29,129 bases of DNA. Origin: Candidatus Aenigmatarchaeota archaeon (GTDB lineage: Archaea > Aenigmatarchaeota > Aenigmatarchaeia > GW2011-AR5). Both the position numbers and the translations under genes were made by a program. Positions within the stretch are counted from its first letter, which is position 1. Each line of letters opens with the position of its first letter. Shown here piece by piece: positions 6,586-15,153 of the stretch. The DNA lies in NCBI GenBank assembly GCA_043799385.1, contig JAZDNV010000017.1, positions 1 to 29,129 of the forward strand, given 5' to 3'. A model generated the notes under the pieces. The model saw only the letters and a list, made by a program, of their open reading frames with translations. It did no database searches and was not told the DNA's origin.

Positions 6586-7641
6586 GTGTTTGCAATACTT
6601 TTTGCTCTCGTTGTATTCGGTATATGGACTTCTTATACCGATATAAAGAAAGGCATGATTAGGAACAATGTCATTCTGCTCCTATTACTGGCAGCGTTTA
6701 TTCTGAACACATTCTATACGAGAAGTTTTGTTGTTGCTACTGCGGCATCGGCTGTAAACATAACGGTTGCCATAGTTGGAGGATTTTTGCTATGGTTTGC
6801 TGGTATGTGGTCAGCGGCAGACGCAAAATTGTTCATTGGCTTCGCCTTTCTTCTGCCTATAACCCTATATGAGCACAGTTTTTCATACTTTCCAGCTGTG
6901 GCGATTTTGATAAACAGCTTTGTGCCGATATTCTTGATACTTTTTATTAACTTGGTTTTAAAAACAAACTCAAAGGATATAAAGAAAGCCGTACGTGAAC
7001 AGTTAAATATAAAGAGTGTTCTTCGTTTGGCTCTGGCTGTTTTTGCAATATCATTTATACCCATGGTCATGCGCTATGTCTTTAATATACAGTTTGAATA
7101 CTTCACTTCGATACTCTTCCTTTTCATAATTTTTGAGGTTGTTGAAAAAACGATTAAGGTTAAAATGAATGTATTTTACATAATCATGTCAATCGCATAT
7201 GTCATATTTTTTAATAGTTATATATTTACATTGGATTTTATTTTCAATTTTATTAGATGGTTTCTAATGTTACTAGGAATATTCTTTTTGATTAATCTCA
7301 GCAGATTTTCATTCACTTCGTCGGTGAAGATAACCGAATTGAAAGAGGGTATGATACCTGCTGAAATCATTGTCAAAAGCAGCGAAAAATATGTTACAAG
7401 ACCAATGGCCTTTATTACCCCTTTCTCGATGCTTAGGCAGAGAAAGGAATCGATATTTGGATACAATCCTGACGGTCTGGTTGGCAAGGATATAAAAAAT
7501 ATTCAGTCATTGTATAGAGAGAAAAAGTTAGGTTTCGATGAGATTAGAGTATCCAATACAATGCCTTTTGCGCCGATATTATTCATAGGAGCGCTGATAA
7601 CCTATTTTTCTTCTGGAATCTTTCTTAATTTGTTCATATAA
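6586..7641 (+). CDS. A24 family prepilin/preflagellin peptidase (archaeal FlaK/EppA-like, multi-TM)
   Basis: First catalytic Asp in TSYTDIK. Second in AGMWSAADAKLF (a GxGD variant). C-terminal ITELKEGMI...MPFAPILFIG archaeal peptidase domain. Many TM segments. Confidence 0.85.
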   Translation: MFAILFALVVFGIWTSYTDIKKGMIRNNVILLLLLAAFILNTFYTRSFVVATAASAVNITVAIVGGFLLWFAGMWSAADAKLFIGFAFLLPITLYEHSFSYFPAVAILINSFVPIFLILFINLVLKTNSKDIKKAVREQLNIKSVLRLALAVFAISFIPMVMRYVFNIQFEYFTSILFLFIIFEVVEKTIKVKMNVFYIIMSIAYVIFFNSYIFTLDFIFNFIRWFLMLLGIFFLINLSRFSFTSSVKITELKEGMIPAEIIVKSSEKYVTRPMAFITPFSMLRQRKESIFGYNPDGLVGKDIKNIQSLYREKKLGFDEIRVSNTMPFAPILFIGALITYFSSGIFLNLFI

Positions 7642-7645
7642 AAAG

Positions 7646-7653
7646 TTTATATT
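7646..7653 (+). promoter_or_regulatory. Putative BRE/TATA box
   Basis: AAAAG-TTTATATT directly upstream of the 7676/7685 start. Confidence 0.45.
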
Positions 7654-7684
7654 CCGCGAATAACAATTACTTTTATTGATAGAT

Positions 7685-10012
7685 ATGCGTAACAATATTT
7701 TGATTGCATTAGCGTTTTTGCTCCTACTGCAATTTTCTTATGCTGCATGCCCAGAATCAACTTGTTTGGCTCTTGGCTATTCTACTGCACGGTGCAGCGG
7801 TGCGACGACTTGTAATTCTGGCGAAGTTGATGTAGCATCATGCACAACTGGGCCGTATGGCGAAAGATATCCATGTTGCTGTTCCAGTCCAATGAAAATC
7901 TGGATAAAAGACCCAAACGATTTTACAGTAGTGAATGGGGCATTGATGAGCAGTTGCACTTTAGCCAGTAGTACACAATCGTGCTTTTATTCATATTATA
8001 CATGCGATGTAAGGGGAACTTATACAGGTCAGACATGCAAGGATTATTCTTCTGGCTTGGATTATGTGGCTGGAACAACGTGCAGTGCTTGGACGAATCT
8101 CTGGTATTGCAATATTGAATGTAAAAAAGACAAGGACTGCCCTGAGGGTGAGTGCTGCCTTGTTGACAATACATGTGGCCTTTGCCCGCCACCGCCGCCG
8201 TGCGAGACGGACAACGACTGCTCGCCAGAAATAACAGGCGATTACTGCTGCGCGGACGGAAAGTGCAGGTCGTCATGCGCAGGTTATCCGAACGTTACTA
8301 TCACACCGGCAATACAATACGGCTTGGCAGGAGAAGCGTTGAGCTATACAGTAACGGTGAACAATTCAAATAATTCTGCTCCGGTTTCATTCACGCTGAC
8401 TTATGGATGCCCGCAGAACTGGACGTGCAGCTTCAGCAAAAACACGATTGTTGTAAATCAGAGCAACATAACAACAATGTCTGTGTTACCGCCCCTGGGC
8501 AAGGACGCTGGCAGTTATAGATTCAGTGCAACTGCGGCAAGGAGCTCAAACACGAGCATTTCAGGAATAGGCTATGCGACATACGTCCTGGAGTCGCAGT
8601 GCAATCTAGATTGCAATGCAAGAAACTACATCGCAGGCTCGTGCAGATCCGTATGCGAATCGCCGGACTGGATTGGAATAGGCGCATCCGATTGCCTGAG
8701 CAGCTGCTGCTGCATAAACGCAACAATGCCTGCGAACGCTAGCGAGTGGAGCGTAACGGTTTCACTGAACCTGACAGCAAAGAGACCGAATGAAGTAAAT
8801 TGGTCATACTTCGGGAATCTCGACTTTTCGACTGGCATGGCTACAGCTACAGGAAGACTTTTCGAATATTCAAACTACCTTTCACCATCCAAAACAAGCG
8901 GATACGTGAACCTTCTGCAGAATCCGTGTGAACCAGGTGATTTTGTGATACCAAGTGTTAATACACGGGTGATATGGACAAAGCCAACGTTCTCTAGGGA
9001 ATATGAATGCACAAAAGACCAATGTATGCTCAGGCTGAAGGTCGACAATACGTTGATAGAAAGCGCGTGGTCAACCAATCATTGGGTTGGAGTCATAAAC
9101 ACGAGCATATACCATTCGGACGTTACAGCGAACGTGACATTCCTGCCGACAGGCGCAACTGGCGAGGATTCTGAATCCTATGAAGTGGTTGATGAAAAAT
9201 ACATACTCATCGCAGTGAGTTATCCTTACGTCAAGAACCGCGTCGTGCCCCTGACAGAGACGGGAGAGCCCAATTTCACCAGAACGATGCCTATCGAATT
9301 CTCGGTCAAAGGCATTATAAGAGACAAGAACAGTCCGTTGTATTCAATGAATTGCGACGACAGCATATGCAACGCGTCTTATAATATAGACGGCGGTGGC
9401 TGGAAAAGATTGTCTTGGAACGCTCTGGAAAAAGCGTTCACAGATTCTGCATCGAGCAACGGTCTAACGTGCAACGTGTATCACAGCTTGAACGTAATGA
9501 TGGCTTCTGCCCAGGCGAGCGGCACAGGCAGAATCAGATTCTACATAAACTGCATACCGAAGATAACGGTCAATCCGAAAGAAGTGTCGATTGCGCTTGG
9601 CAGAAAGAACATACCTGTGTTCAACGTCACCATATGGAACCCTGTTGATACAAGCCATGTGTATGACTTGGAGATGAAGAACTCGGACCCGACCCAGGAC
9701 TACCTCACTCATTGGACAAGATTCGAGTACGATAATGATAAGATTGTCCAGCACCCGCTTGCTTTGACTGATCTTAACAGGGCAAAGGCATTCATGGGCT
9801 CAATGGATTCAGCATCGACTATCGTTCAACTGACAGAGGATGCATCATCAGTGGCAGGCGTCTACCCTATAAAGTTCACTGCCACGGGTTCGTACCTGGA
9901 AGGCGAGGGCACGTTAATGGTCTATGCAGAGGGATTAAATGAGTTCGCAGTGTGGCAGCTGTTCTTCTTGATGATGTTTGCAACCTTGGTCATGGTTATA
10001 ATAAAGAAATAA
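7685..10012 (+). CDS. Large secreted Cys-rich cell-surface protein with Ig-like beta domains and a C-terminal membrane anchor
   Basis: Signal peptide MRNNILIALAFLLLLQFSYA. Repeated Cys modules, a PPPPP linker, an Ig/NEW3-like segment (GEALSYTVTVNN...PQNWTCSF) and many NxS/T sequons. Ends in LNEF + TM helix + KK. Confidence 0.8.
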   Translation: MRNNILIALAFLLLLQFSYAACPESTCLALGYSTARCSGATTCNSGEVDVASCTTGPYGERYPCCCSSPMKIWIKDPNDFTVVNGALMSSCTLASSTQSCFYSYYTCDVRGTYTGQTCKDYSSGLDYVAGTTCSAWTNLWYCNIECKKDKDCPEGECCLVDNTCGLCPPPPPCETDNDCSPEITGDYCCADGKCRSSCAGYPNVTITPAIQYGLAGEALSYTVTVNNSNNSAPVSFTLTYGCPQNWTCSFSKNTIVVNQSNITTMSVLPPLGKDAGSYRFSATAARSSNTSISGIGYATYVLESQCNLDCNARNYIAGSCRSVCESPDWIGIGASDCLSSCCCINATMPANASEWSVTVSLNLTAKRPNEVNWSYFGNLDFSTGMATATGRLFEYSNYLSPSKTSGYVNLLQNPCEPGDFVIPSVNTRVIWTKPTFSREYECTKDQCMLRLKVDNTLIESAWSTNHWVGVINTSIYHSDVTANVTFLPTGATGEDSESYEVVDEKYILIAVSYPYVKNRVVPLTETGEPNFTRTMPIEFSVKGIIRDKNSPLYSMNCDDSICNASYNIDGGGWKRLSWNALEKAFTDSASSNGLTCNVYHSLNVMMASAQASGTGRIRFYINCIPKITVNPKEVSIALGRKNIPVFNVTIWNPVDTSHVYDLEMKNSDPTQDYLTHWTRFEYDNDKIVQHPLALTDLNRAKAFMGSMDSASTIVQLTEDASSVAGVYPIKFTATGSYLEGEGTLMVYAEGLNEFAVWQLFFLMMFATLVMVIIKK

Positions 10013-10052
10013 ATCGCCCACTGCTTCAGATTATCATCTTGCTAAAAACTAA

Positions 10053-10091
10053 TTTATATATAGGAGAACAATTATATTTAACGTGAGGTGA
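10053..10091 (+). promoter_or_regulatory. TATA box and Shine-Dalgarno upstream of eS26
   Basis: TTTATATA at 10053-10060 and GAGGTGA at 10085-10091, 6 nt before ATG 10098. Confidence 0.6.
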
Positions 10092-10097
10092 AATACT

Positions 10098-10367
10098 ATG
10101 CCTGCTCCATACAAACGAGGTTATCATCATACCAAGTCAAAGGGACACGAATCTACTGTTACATGCGGATTCTGCGGAAGGAGCGTTCCGAGATGGAAGA
10201 CAATCGCTTCATATCGCGGTTTTCGAATAAACGATCCGGTTCTAAACAAGCAAATGGACAGGAGGATGATGAGCATGTTCCAGAGAAAGCTCTACGCATG
10301 CCCGTCCTGTGCCAGACATCGTGGTATAATAAAGGTAGGAAGAAGCAGAAGGTTGGGGTCTGACTGA
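10098..10367 (+). CDS. rps26e: 30S ribosomal protein S26e (eS26)
   Basis: 89 aa, basic. KGHESTVTCGFCGRSVPRWK...DP...KLYACPSCARHRGIIKV matches the eS26 zinc-finger pattern CxxCGRxVPxxK / CxSCAxHxxI. Strong SD. Confidence 0.85.
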   Translation: MPAPYKRGYHHTKSKGHESTVTCGFCGRSVPRWKTIASYRGFRINDPVLNKQMDRRMMSMFQRKLYACPSCARHRGIIKVGRSRRLGSD

Positions 10368-12265
10368 TGGAAAAGACGCGCGCAAGGCAGATGCTCGAGA
10401 TACTGCGAGCCCAAGGAATTGATTCAGTATCAAGGACTGAAGTCAAGTTAGACATCAAAACGCCTGCTGCGCCAGTTTTTTTGCCAATCGCAGAAAAATT
10501 GCCTGCCGCTGAGGTAAAAGAACCGCTGATTGCGGATAGCGTAAAAAAAGAGGAGCCGGCGAAAAAAGAAGAAAAAACGCAAATAAAGCTGAAGGGATTC
10601 CTGTACAGAAAGTTGATAGGCGGCAGGAAGGATATTGGAAAAAATAACGCATCGCAGAAGACGGAATCAAAACAGCGTTTCCACATACGCGGTTTGCTGT
10701 ACGATAAATTACATGAACAGAAGTCGGAACAGAGCAAATATCCCAGGTTTGCTATAGAACCAAGCGGAATAATTCCAGTGCTCTCGAAGGACGAGCTAAA
10801 GGAAAAGACCACGAGCTATCCGCTGATAAAGCCTTATGCCTATGCGGACATAAGGTTTGACCAGAGCGAGAACTCGCTCGTTTATTTCGTCGTTGAGCCC
10901 GAGCTGAACGATTTTGAGAAGCATGTTATATCTAAACTAAAAGAGGGCTTGCTGCAGGTTATCGACATCTCTCTGAAGGACATAAAGAAGGAGGATAAGA
11001 TGATCGACTTCCTTGAGGGGAACATAAACAAACTTCTGGATGAATATGACTTCAGCCTGAATGAAAAGGAATACCTGAAGATAATGTATTTCATATATCG
11101 TGATTTCGTCGGATTGAATGATATCGAGCCGCTGCTTTGTGACCCGTATATAGAGGACATAGGGTGCGACGGTTTCAACGTTCCCTTATATGTTGTCCAT
11201 CAGCGGTACGGCTCATTGAAGACTAATATAATATATCCTGATGAAAACGAGCTGAAAGAATTCGTTACGAAGTTAGCAGAACGCTGCGACCGCTTCATAA
11301 GCTATGCAGAACCGATGCTGGACGGAGCATTACCGGATGGCACTCGTGTCCATGCCTCATTAGCTGGCGACGTGACAACACGAGGCCCTACGTTCTCGAT
11401 AAGAAAATTCAGGGATGAGCCTTTCACGCCTGCCGATATAATTCGTTTGAATACTGCGTCGCCCGAGTTACTCGCCTACATATGGTTCGTTGTCGAGAAC
11501 GGCGTCAACATACTGATAGTGGGCGGCGTTGCAACAGGCAAGACGTCGCTGCTGAACTGCATCTCAATGTTCATACCGTCTGAAGCGAAAATCGTATCAA
11601 TAGAGGATACGCGCGAATTATCATTACCGCATGAGAACTGGATACCAGGCGTTGCGCGCACCGGCTTTACCGGTACTGGCGTCGGCGAAGTAACGATGTT
11701 CGACCTGCTGAAGGAGTCGTTCAGGCAGAACCCTGACTATCTGGTCGTGGGCGAGATACGAGGCAAAGAAGCATACGTAATGTTCCAGTCCATGGCGTCA
11801 GGCCACCCGTCAATATCAACAATGCACTCCGGTAGTGTCGATGACGTCGTCAGCAGATTACGAACAGAGCCGATATCCCTGCCACCTGGATTAATACAGC
11901 TTTTGGATTTAGTCATCATTATGGTCCATGCGCGTGAGAAAGGAAAATCCGCCAGGCGTGTTAAAGAAATTGTTGAAATACAGAGCATTGATTCTGAAAC
12001 AGGTTTTGCAAGGACGAATAAGGTCTTTACCTGGACACCATCCCAGGACACGTTTGAATATCATGGCGATTCGTGGGTACTGCACAAGATATCAACTGAA
12101 AAGGGAATAACAATGAACGATATTGTTCGCGATATAGCCAAGCGAAAGAAGTTCATAAACTGGATGGTGGAGAAAAATATCACGAACATGAACGAAATCG
12201 CGAAATACATTGAAACATACAGGAGAAGCCCTGAAAAAATAAATTCTTTGATCGGATATGAATAG
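10367..12265 (+). CDS. Archaeal type II/IV secretion (type IV pilus) assembly ATPase, FlaI/TadA/VirB11 family
   Basis: YPLIKPYAYA...YFVVEPEL, GLNDIEPLLCDPYIEDI, FSIRKF, Walker A GGVATGKT, SIEDTREL, RQNPDYLVVGEIRG and GHPSISTMH. Confidence 0.93.
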   Translation: MEKTRARQMLEILRAQGIDSVSRTEVKLDIKTPAAPVFLPIAEKLPAAEVKEPLIADSVKKEEPAKKEEKTQIKLKGFLYRKLIGGRKDIGKNNASQKTESKQRFHIRGLLYDKLHEQKSEQSKYPRFAIEPSGIIPVLSKDELKEKTTSYPLIKPYAYADIRFDQSENSLVYFVVEPELNDFEKHVISKLKEGLLQVIDISLKDIKKEDKMIDFLEGNINKLLDEYDFSLNEKEYLKIMYFIYRDFVGLNDIEPLLCDPYIEDIGCDGFNVPLYVVHQRYGSLKTNIIYPDENELKEFVTKLAERCDRFISYAEPMLDGALPDGTRVHASLAGDVTTRGPTFSIRKFRDEPFTPADIIRLNTASPELLAYIWFVVENGVNILIVGGVATGKTSLLNCISMFIPSEAKIVSIEDTRELSLPHENWIPGVARTGFTGTGVGEVTMFDLLKESFRQNPDYLVVGEIRGKEAYVMFQSMASGHPSISTMHSGSVDDVVSRLRTEPISLPPGLIQLLDLVIIMVHAREKGKSARRVKEIVEIQSIDSETGFARTNKVFTWTPSQDTFEYHGDSWVLHKISTEKGITMNDIVRDIAKRKKFINWMVEKNITNMNEIAKYIETYRRSPEKINSLIGYE

Positions 12266-12938
12266 AATCAAAACAGGAATAACAGGTTTTGACAAGCTCG
12301 TGGAGGGTGGAATACCGGAAAAGGATTTGATTCTGCTCAGCGGTCGGTGCGGTGCAGGCAAAACGGTTTTTGGTCTTCAGTTTTTATTCTCATCACCAGA
12401 AAAAGAGCCAGGATTATTCATCAGCTTCGAAGAGGACCTTCAGCAGATAAAAAACACAGCAATGCAGCTCGGCTGGAATGCAGACGCTTACGAGAAGGCA
12501 GGAAAGATACGATTACTGCGCTACGATCCATTCAAATTAGAGGACATATTCGAAATAATTGAGAACAACATCCGCGAGATAAATGCGAAGCGCGTTGTCG
12601 TTGATTCAGTTTCATCGTTAGGCACATACGTCAAGGATAATTCAGAGCTGAGAAGGATGATAATGCAGATAAGCAACATGCTCAGAAAGAACGGATGCAC
12701 ATCCATTCTCACATGCGAGGTGCTTAATGATAATTCGCTCTCTCGGTTTGGCGTCGAGGAGTTCGTTGCGGATGGAGTGATACTCTTGCACAACGTTCTG
12801 ACTGCCGGCGAATACCGCCGCGGTTTGAGCGTCTGGAAGATGAGGGTAACCAACCACTCACGAAAAATCCACCCGTACAAAATCACTGAAAAAGGGTTTG
12901 TCGTCTATCCGAATGATACTATTTCTCTAAAAGGCTGA
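12258..12938 (+). CDS. KaiC-like single-domain RecA-superfamily ATPase
   Basis: RIKTGITGFDKLVEGGIP, Walker A GRCGAGKT, SFEE, RVVVDS, EEFVADGVI and KMRVTNH. Confidence 0.9.
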   Translation: MNRIKTGITGFDKLVEGGIPEKDLILLSGRCGAGKTVFGLQFLFSSPEKEPGLFISFEEDLQQIKNTAMQLGWNADAYEKAGKIRLLRYDPFKLEDIFEIIENNIREINAKRVVVDSVSSLGTYVKDNSELRRMIMQISNMLRKNGCTSILTCEVLNDNSLSRFGVEEFVADGVILLHNVLTAGEYRRGLSVWKMRVTNHSRKIHPYKITEKGFVVYPNDTISLKG

Positions 12939-12985
12939 TTTTAAAAATAATTTTAAATAGGAGACACAAGTATTATAAGGTCTAA

Positions 12986-13855
12986 ATGTACAGGAAGACG
13001 CTGAAGTATTTTGGAAAGCTGGGATTAAAATACCTGACGGGTTATGTTGCGCCACTCAAAGAAGAGATAACGAAATCGAATCTTAACATACTCTTTGAAT
13101 TCTACGTTGGAAAGATGCTATTCCTATCGTTTGTCGCATTCGTTGCGGTTTTCCTCGGAACTACAATAGTTTCTGTCTTGATACTGAATCTTGATATACT
13201 TCTGTCATTGATAGGAGCGCTCATCTTATCGGTTGCCGTGTCGTTTGCAGTGCTCACGATATATCATTCCTATCCGTTCCACACGCTTTCAACGAGAAGG
13301 AATGATATAGAGGGCGTGATGCCTTTTGCCATAAACCACATGTCAGCTATTGCCGCTAGTGGCGTTCCGCCGTACGTTGTATTCAAACTGCTTACCGGCA
13401 TAAAGGAATATGGCGAATTCATGCACGAGTCGCAGCGTATTGTCCGAAACATAGACGCGTTCGGCATGGATTTGATATCTGCGATAAAAAACGTGGCTGA
13501 AAGAACGCCATCCGAGCAGTTTCGCCAGTTTTTATATGGAATCGTATCGAATATAGAAACAGGCGGCGACTTGAAGAAGTTTTTTGACAATGCGGCAAAA
13601 GAAGCATTATTTGATTATCGCTTGAGAAGGGAAAAATATCTGCAAGCATTATCGACTTATGCAGACTTCTATACAGCTGTGCTCATCGCCGCGCCGTTAT
13701 TCTTCATCGCTGTTCTTGCAGTGATGGGAATGATTGGCGGTACGGTCATGGGGTTACCAATCGACCTGGCGATGACGATGGGCATCTACGGCTTGATGCC
13801 TATTCTAAACATGGCGTTCATAGCGTTCATACACTACACGCAGCCGAATATATAA
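12986..13855 (+). CDS. Type II secretion system F / TadC-like pilus platform membrane protein
   Basis: MPFAINHMSAIAASGVPP...YGEF...FGMDLISAIKNVAERTPSEQF...TGGDL. TM pattern typical of archaeal TadC. Confidence 0.9.
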   Translation: MYRKTLKYFGKLGLKYLTGYVAPLKEEITKSNLNILFEFYVGKMLFLSFVAFVAVFLGTTIVSVLILNLDILLSLIGALILSVAVSFAVLTIYHSYPFHTLSTRRNDIEGVMPFAINHMSAIAASGVPPYVVFKLLTGIKEYGEFMHESQRIVRNIDAFGMDLISAIKNVAERTPSEQFRQFLYGIVSNIETGGDLKKFFDNAAKEALFDYRLRREKYLQALSTYADFYTAVLIAAPLFFIAVLAVMGMIGGTVMGLPIDLAMTMGIYGLMPILNMAFIAFIHYTQPNI

Positions 13856-13867
13856 ACGTGATGAAAG

Positions 13868-14701
13868 ATGAAAAAAAAGAAATTCAAGTTCGGGCTGAAG
13901 ACAATAAATTTCATTACGCTGCCGGTTGGCGCGGCAATCCTGCTGATAAATTATCTCTACTTCATCAAAAACTCTCAGGTCTCGATGCTTCTTGACCTGT
14001 TGGCAGCTGTGATAATCCTGGGTGTCCCGCTTATATACCGTTACATGCTCATAAGCAGGATGAGGAAAATGGAAGCGCTTTTTCCGGTTTTTCTTCGTGA
14101 CATTACAGAAAACATAAACGCTGGCATGACGTTGCCGCAGGCGATTCGCGCCGCATCGGCCAACAACTATGATATCCTTTCGCCGCACATCAAAGAGATA
14201 AACGCAAGGATATCGTGGGGTATACCATTCGAGAAAGTGCTCAATGATTTTGCAAGCACAGTAGGCAGCGATAACCTTAAGAGAACAGTCCATGCAATCG
14301 TTGAGGCGCACAGGAGTGGCGGAACAATGAACACGATTCTTGAATCAGTCGGCGAGTCATTAAAGGAATTAGAGAAGATAAAGAAAGAGCGGACGGCATC
14401 CGTGTATGCTCAGATGATAAACGGTTACCTTATCTACTTTGTATTCCTGGGCGTGATGGTAGGAATGAACGTGTTCCTGCTGCCGACGTTCGAGTGGGGC
14501 GGGCTCGAGGGCCAGCCGAGCAGCGAACTTGGGAAAGTCCTTCCAGATTTATTCCGCCACCTCGTTCTCATACAGGGCGTTTTTGCAGGATTGGCAATCG
14601 GCAAGATGGCAGAAGGAACGATATTCGCAGGCGTCAAACATTCATTAGTCTTGGCAGTCGTAGGCTTCTCGGTCTTCATTCTGTTCTCGCCAGCAGCATA
14701 A
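13868..14701 (+). CDS. Type II secretion system F / TadC-like membrane protein (second copy)
   Basis: FPVFLRDITENINAGMTLPQAI...YDILS...ISWGIPFEKVL...EAHRSGG...GLAIGKMAEG...GVKHS. Confidence 0.9.
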   Translation: MKKKKFKFGLKTINFITLPVGAAILLINYLYFIKNSQVSMLLDLLAAVIILGVPLIYRYMLISRMRKMEALFPVFLRDITENINAGMTLPQAIRAASANNYDILSPHIKEINARISWGIPFEKVLNDFASTVGSDNLKRTVHAIVEAHRSGGTMNTILESVGESLKELEKIKKERTASVYAQMINGYLIYFVFLGVMVGMNVFLLPTFEWGGLEGQPSSELGKVLPDLFRHLVLIQGVFAGLAIGKMAEGTIFAGVKHSLVLAVVGFSVFILFSPAA

Positions 14702-14760
14702 ACACGGCGGAATTAAATTTATATATACCAGAGGAGAAATAAATAAAGTAAGGGAAAGAA

Positions 14761-15147
14761 ATGAAGAATAAACCAAAAAGGAAAATCAGCGTCAGGAACA
14801 ACTCATCATACATAATCATCATTGCAATAATGATAGTCGTCATTGCAGTAGTCTCGATATTCTCCTACAAGCAACCAGCGCCAGTGGATACAACGTTGCC
14901 AGAGCTGAAAGCAATCGCTGAGCAGAGTCCGCTGGTCAATGATTATGCAGGCGTGCAACCAACGTATCGCAAGCTTTCTGCGCAAGACGTGCAATCATCA
15001 ATAGCCGCAGGATTATTCTCCGCGGACGCGAGCAATGAAATCTATTTCCTCAACTACATCAAGGACAATCAAGGCATTTCTTTAATAATTGACAAAGCGA
15101 GCGGAACGATACTTAAGACGCAGGTCGTCGTCGGCATCGGCCAATAG
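14761..15147 (+). CDS. Small membrane-anchored hypothetical protein
   Basis: 128 aa with a basic N-terminus and one TM helix. Upstream TTTATATA at 14718-14725. C-terminal IIDKASGTIL is weakly PepSY-like. Confidence 0.65.
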   Translation: MKNKPKRKISVRNNSSYIIIIAIMIVVIAVVSIFSYKQPAPVDTTLPELKAIAEQSPLVNDYAGVQPTYRKLSAQDVQSSIAAGLFSADASNEIYFLNYIKDNQGISLIIDKASGTILKTQVVVGIGQ

Positions 15148-15153
15148 GGTGAA

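Noticed and set aside
10088..10812. ORFs 10088..10363 (+) and 10159..10812 (-)
   Set aside because: They overlap eS26 and the ATPase in other frames and have no recognisable features.
10367..14701. Archaellum (fla/arl) operon
   Set aside because: No archaellin, FlaF or FlaG genes are present, and two short TadC-like genes rather than one long FlaJ point to a type IV pilus system.
14761..15147. Candidate pilin
   Set aside because: No clear [KR][GA] cleavage site directly before the hydrophobic helix.
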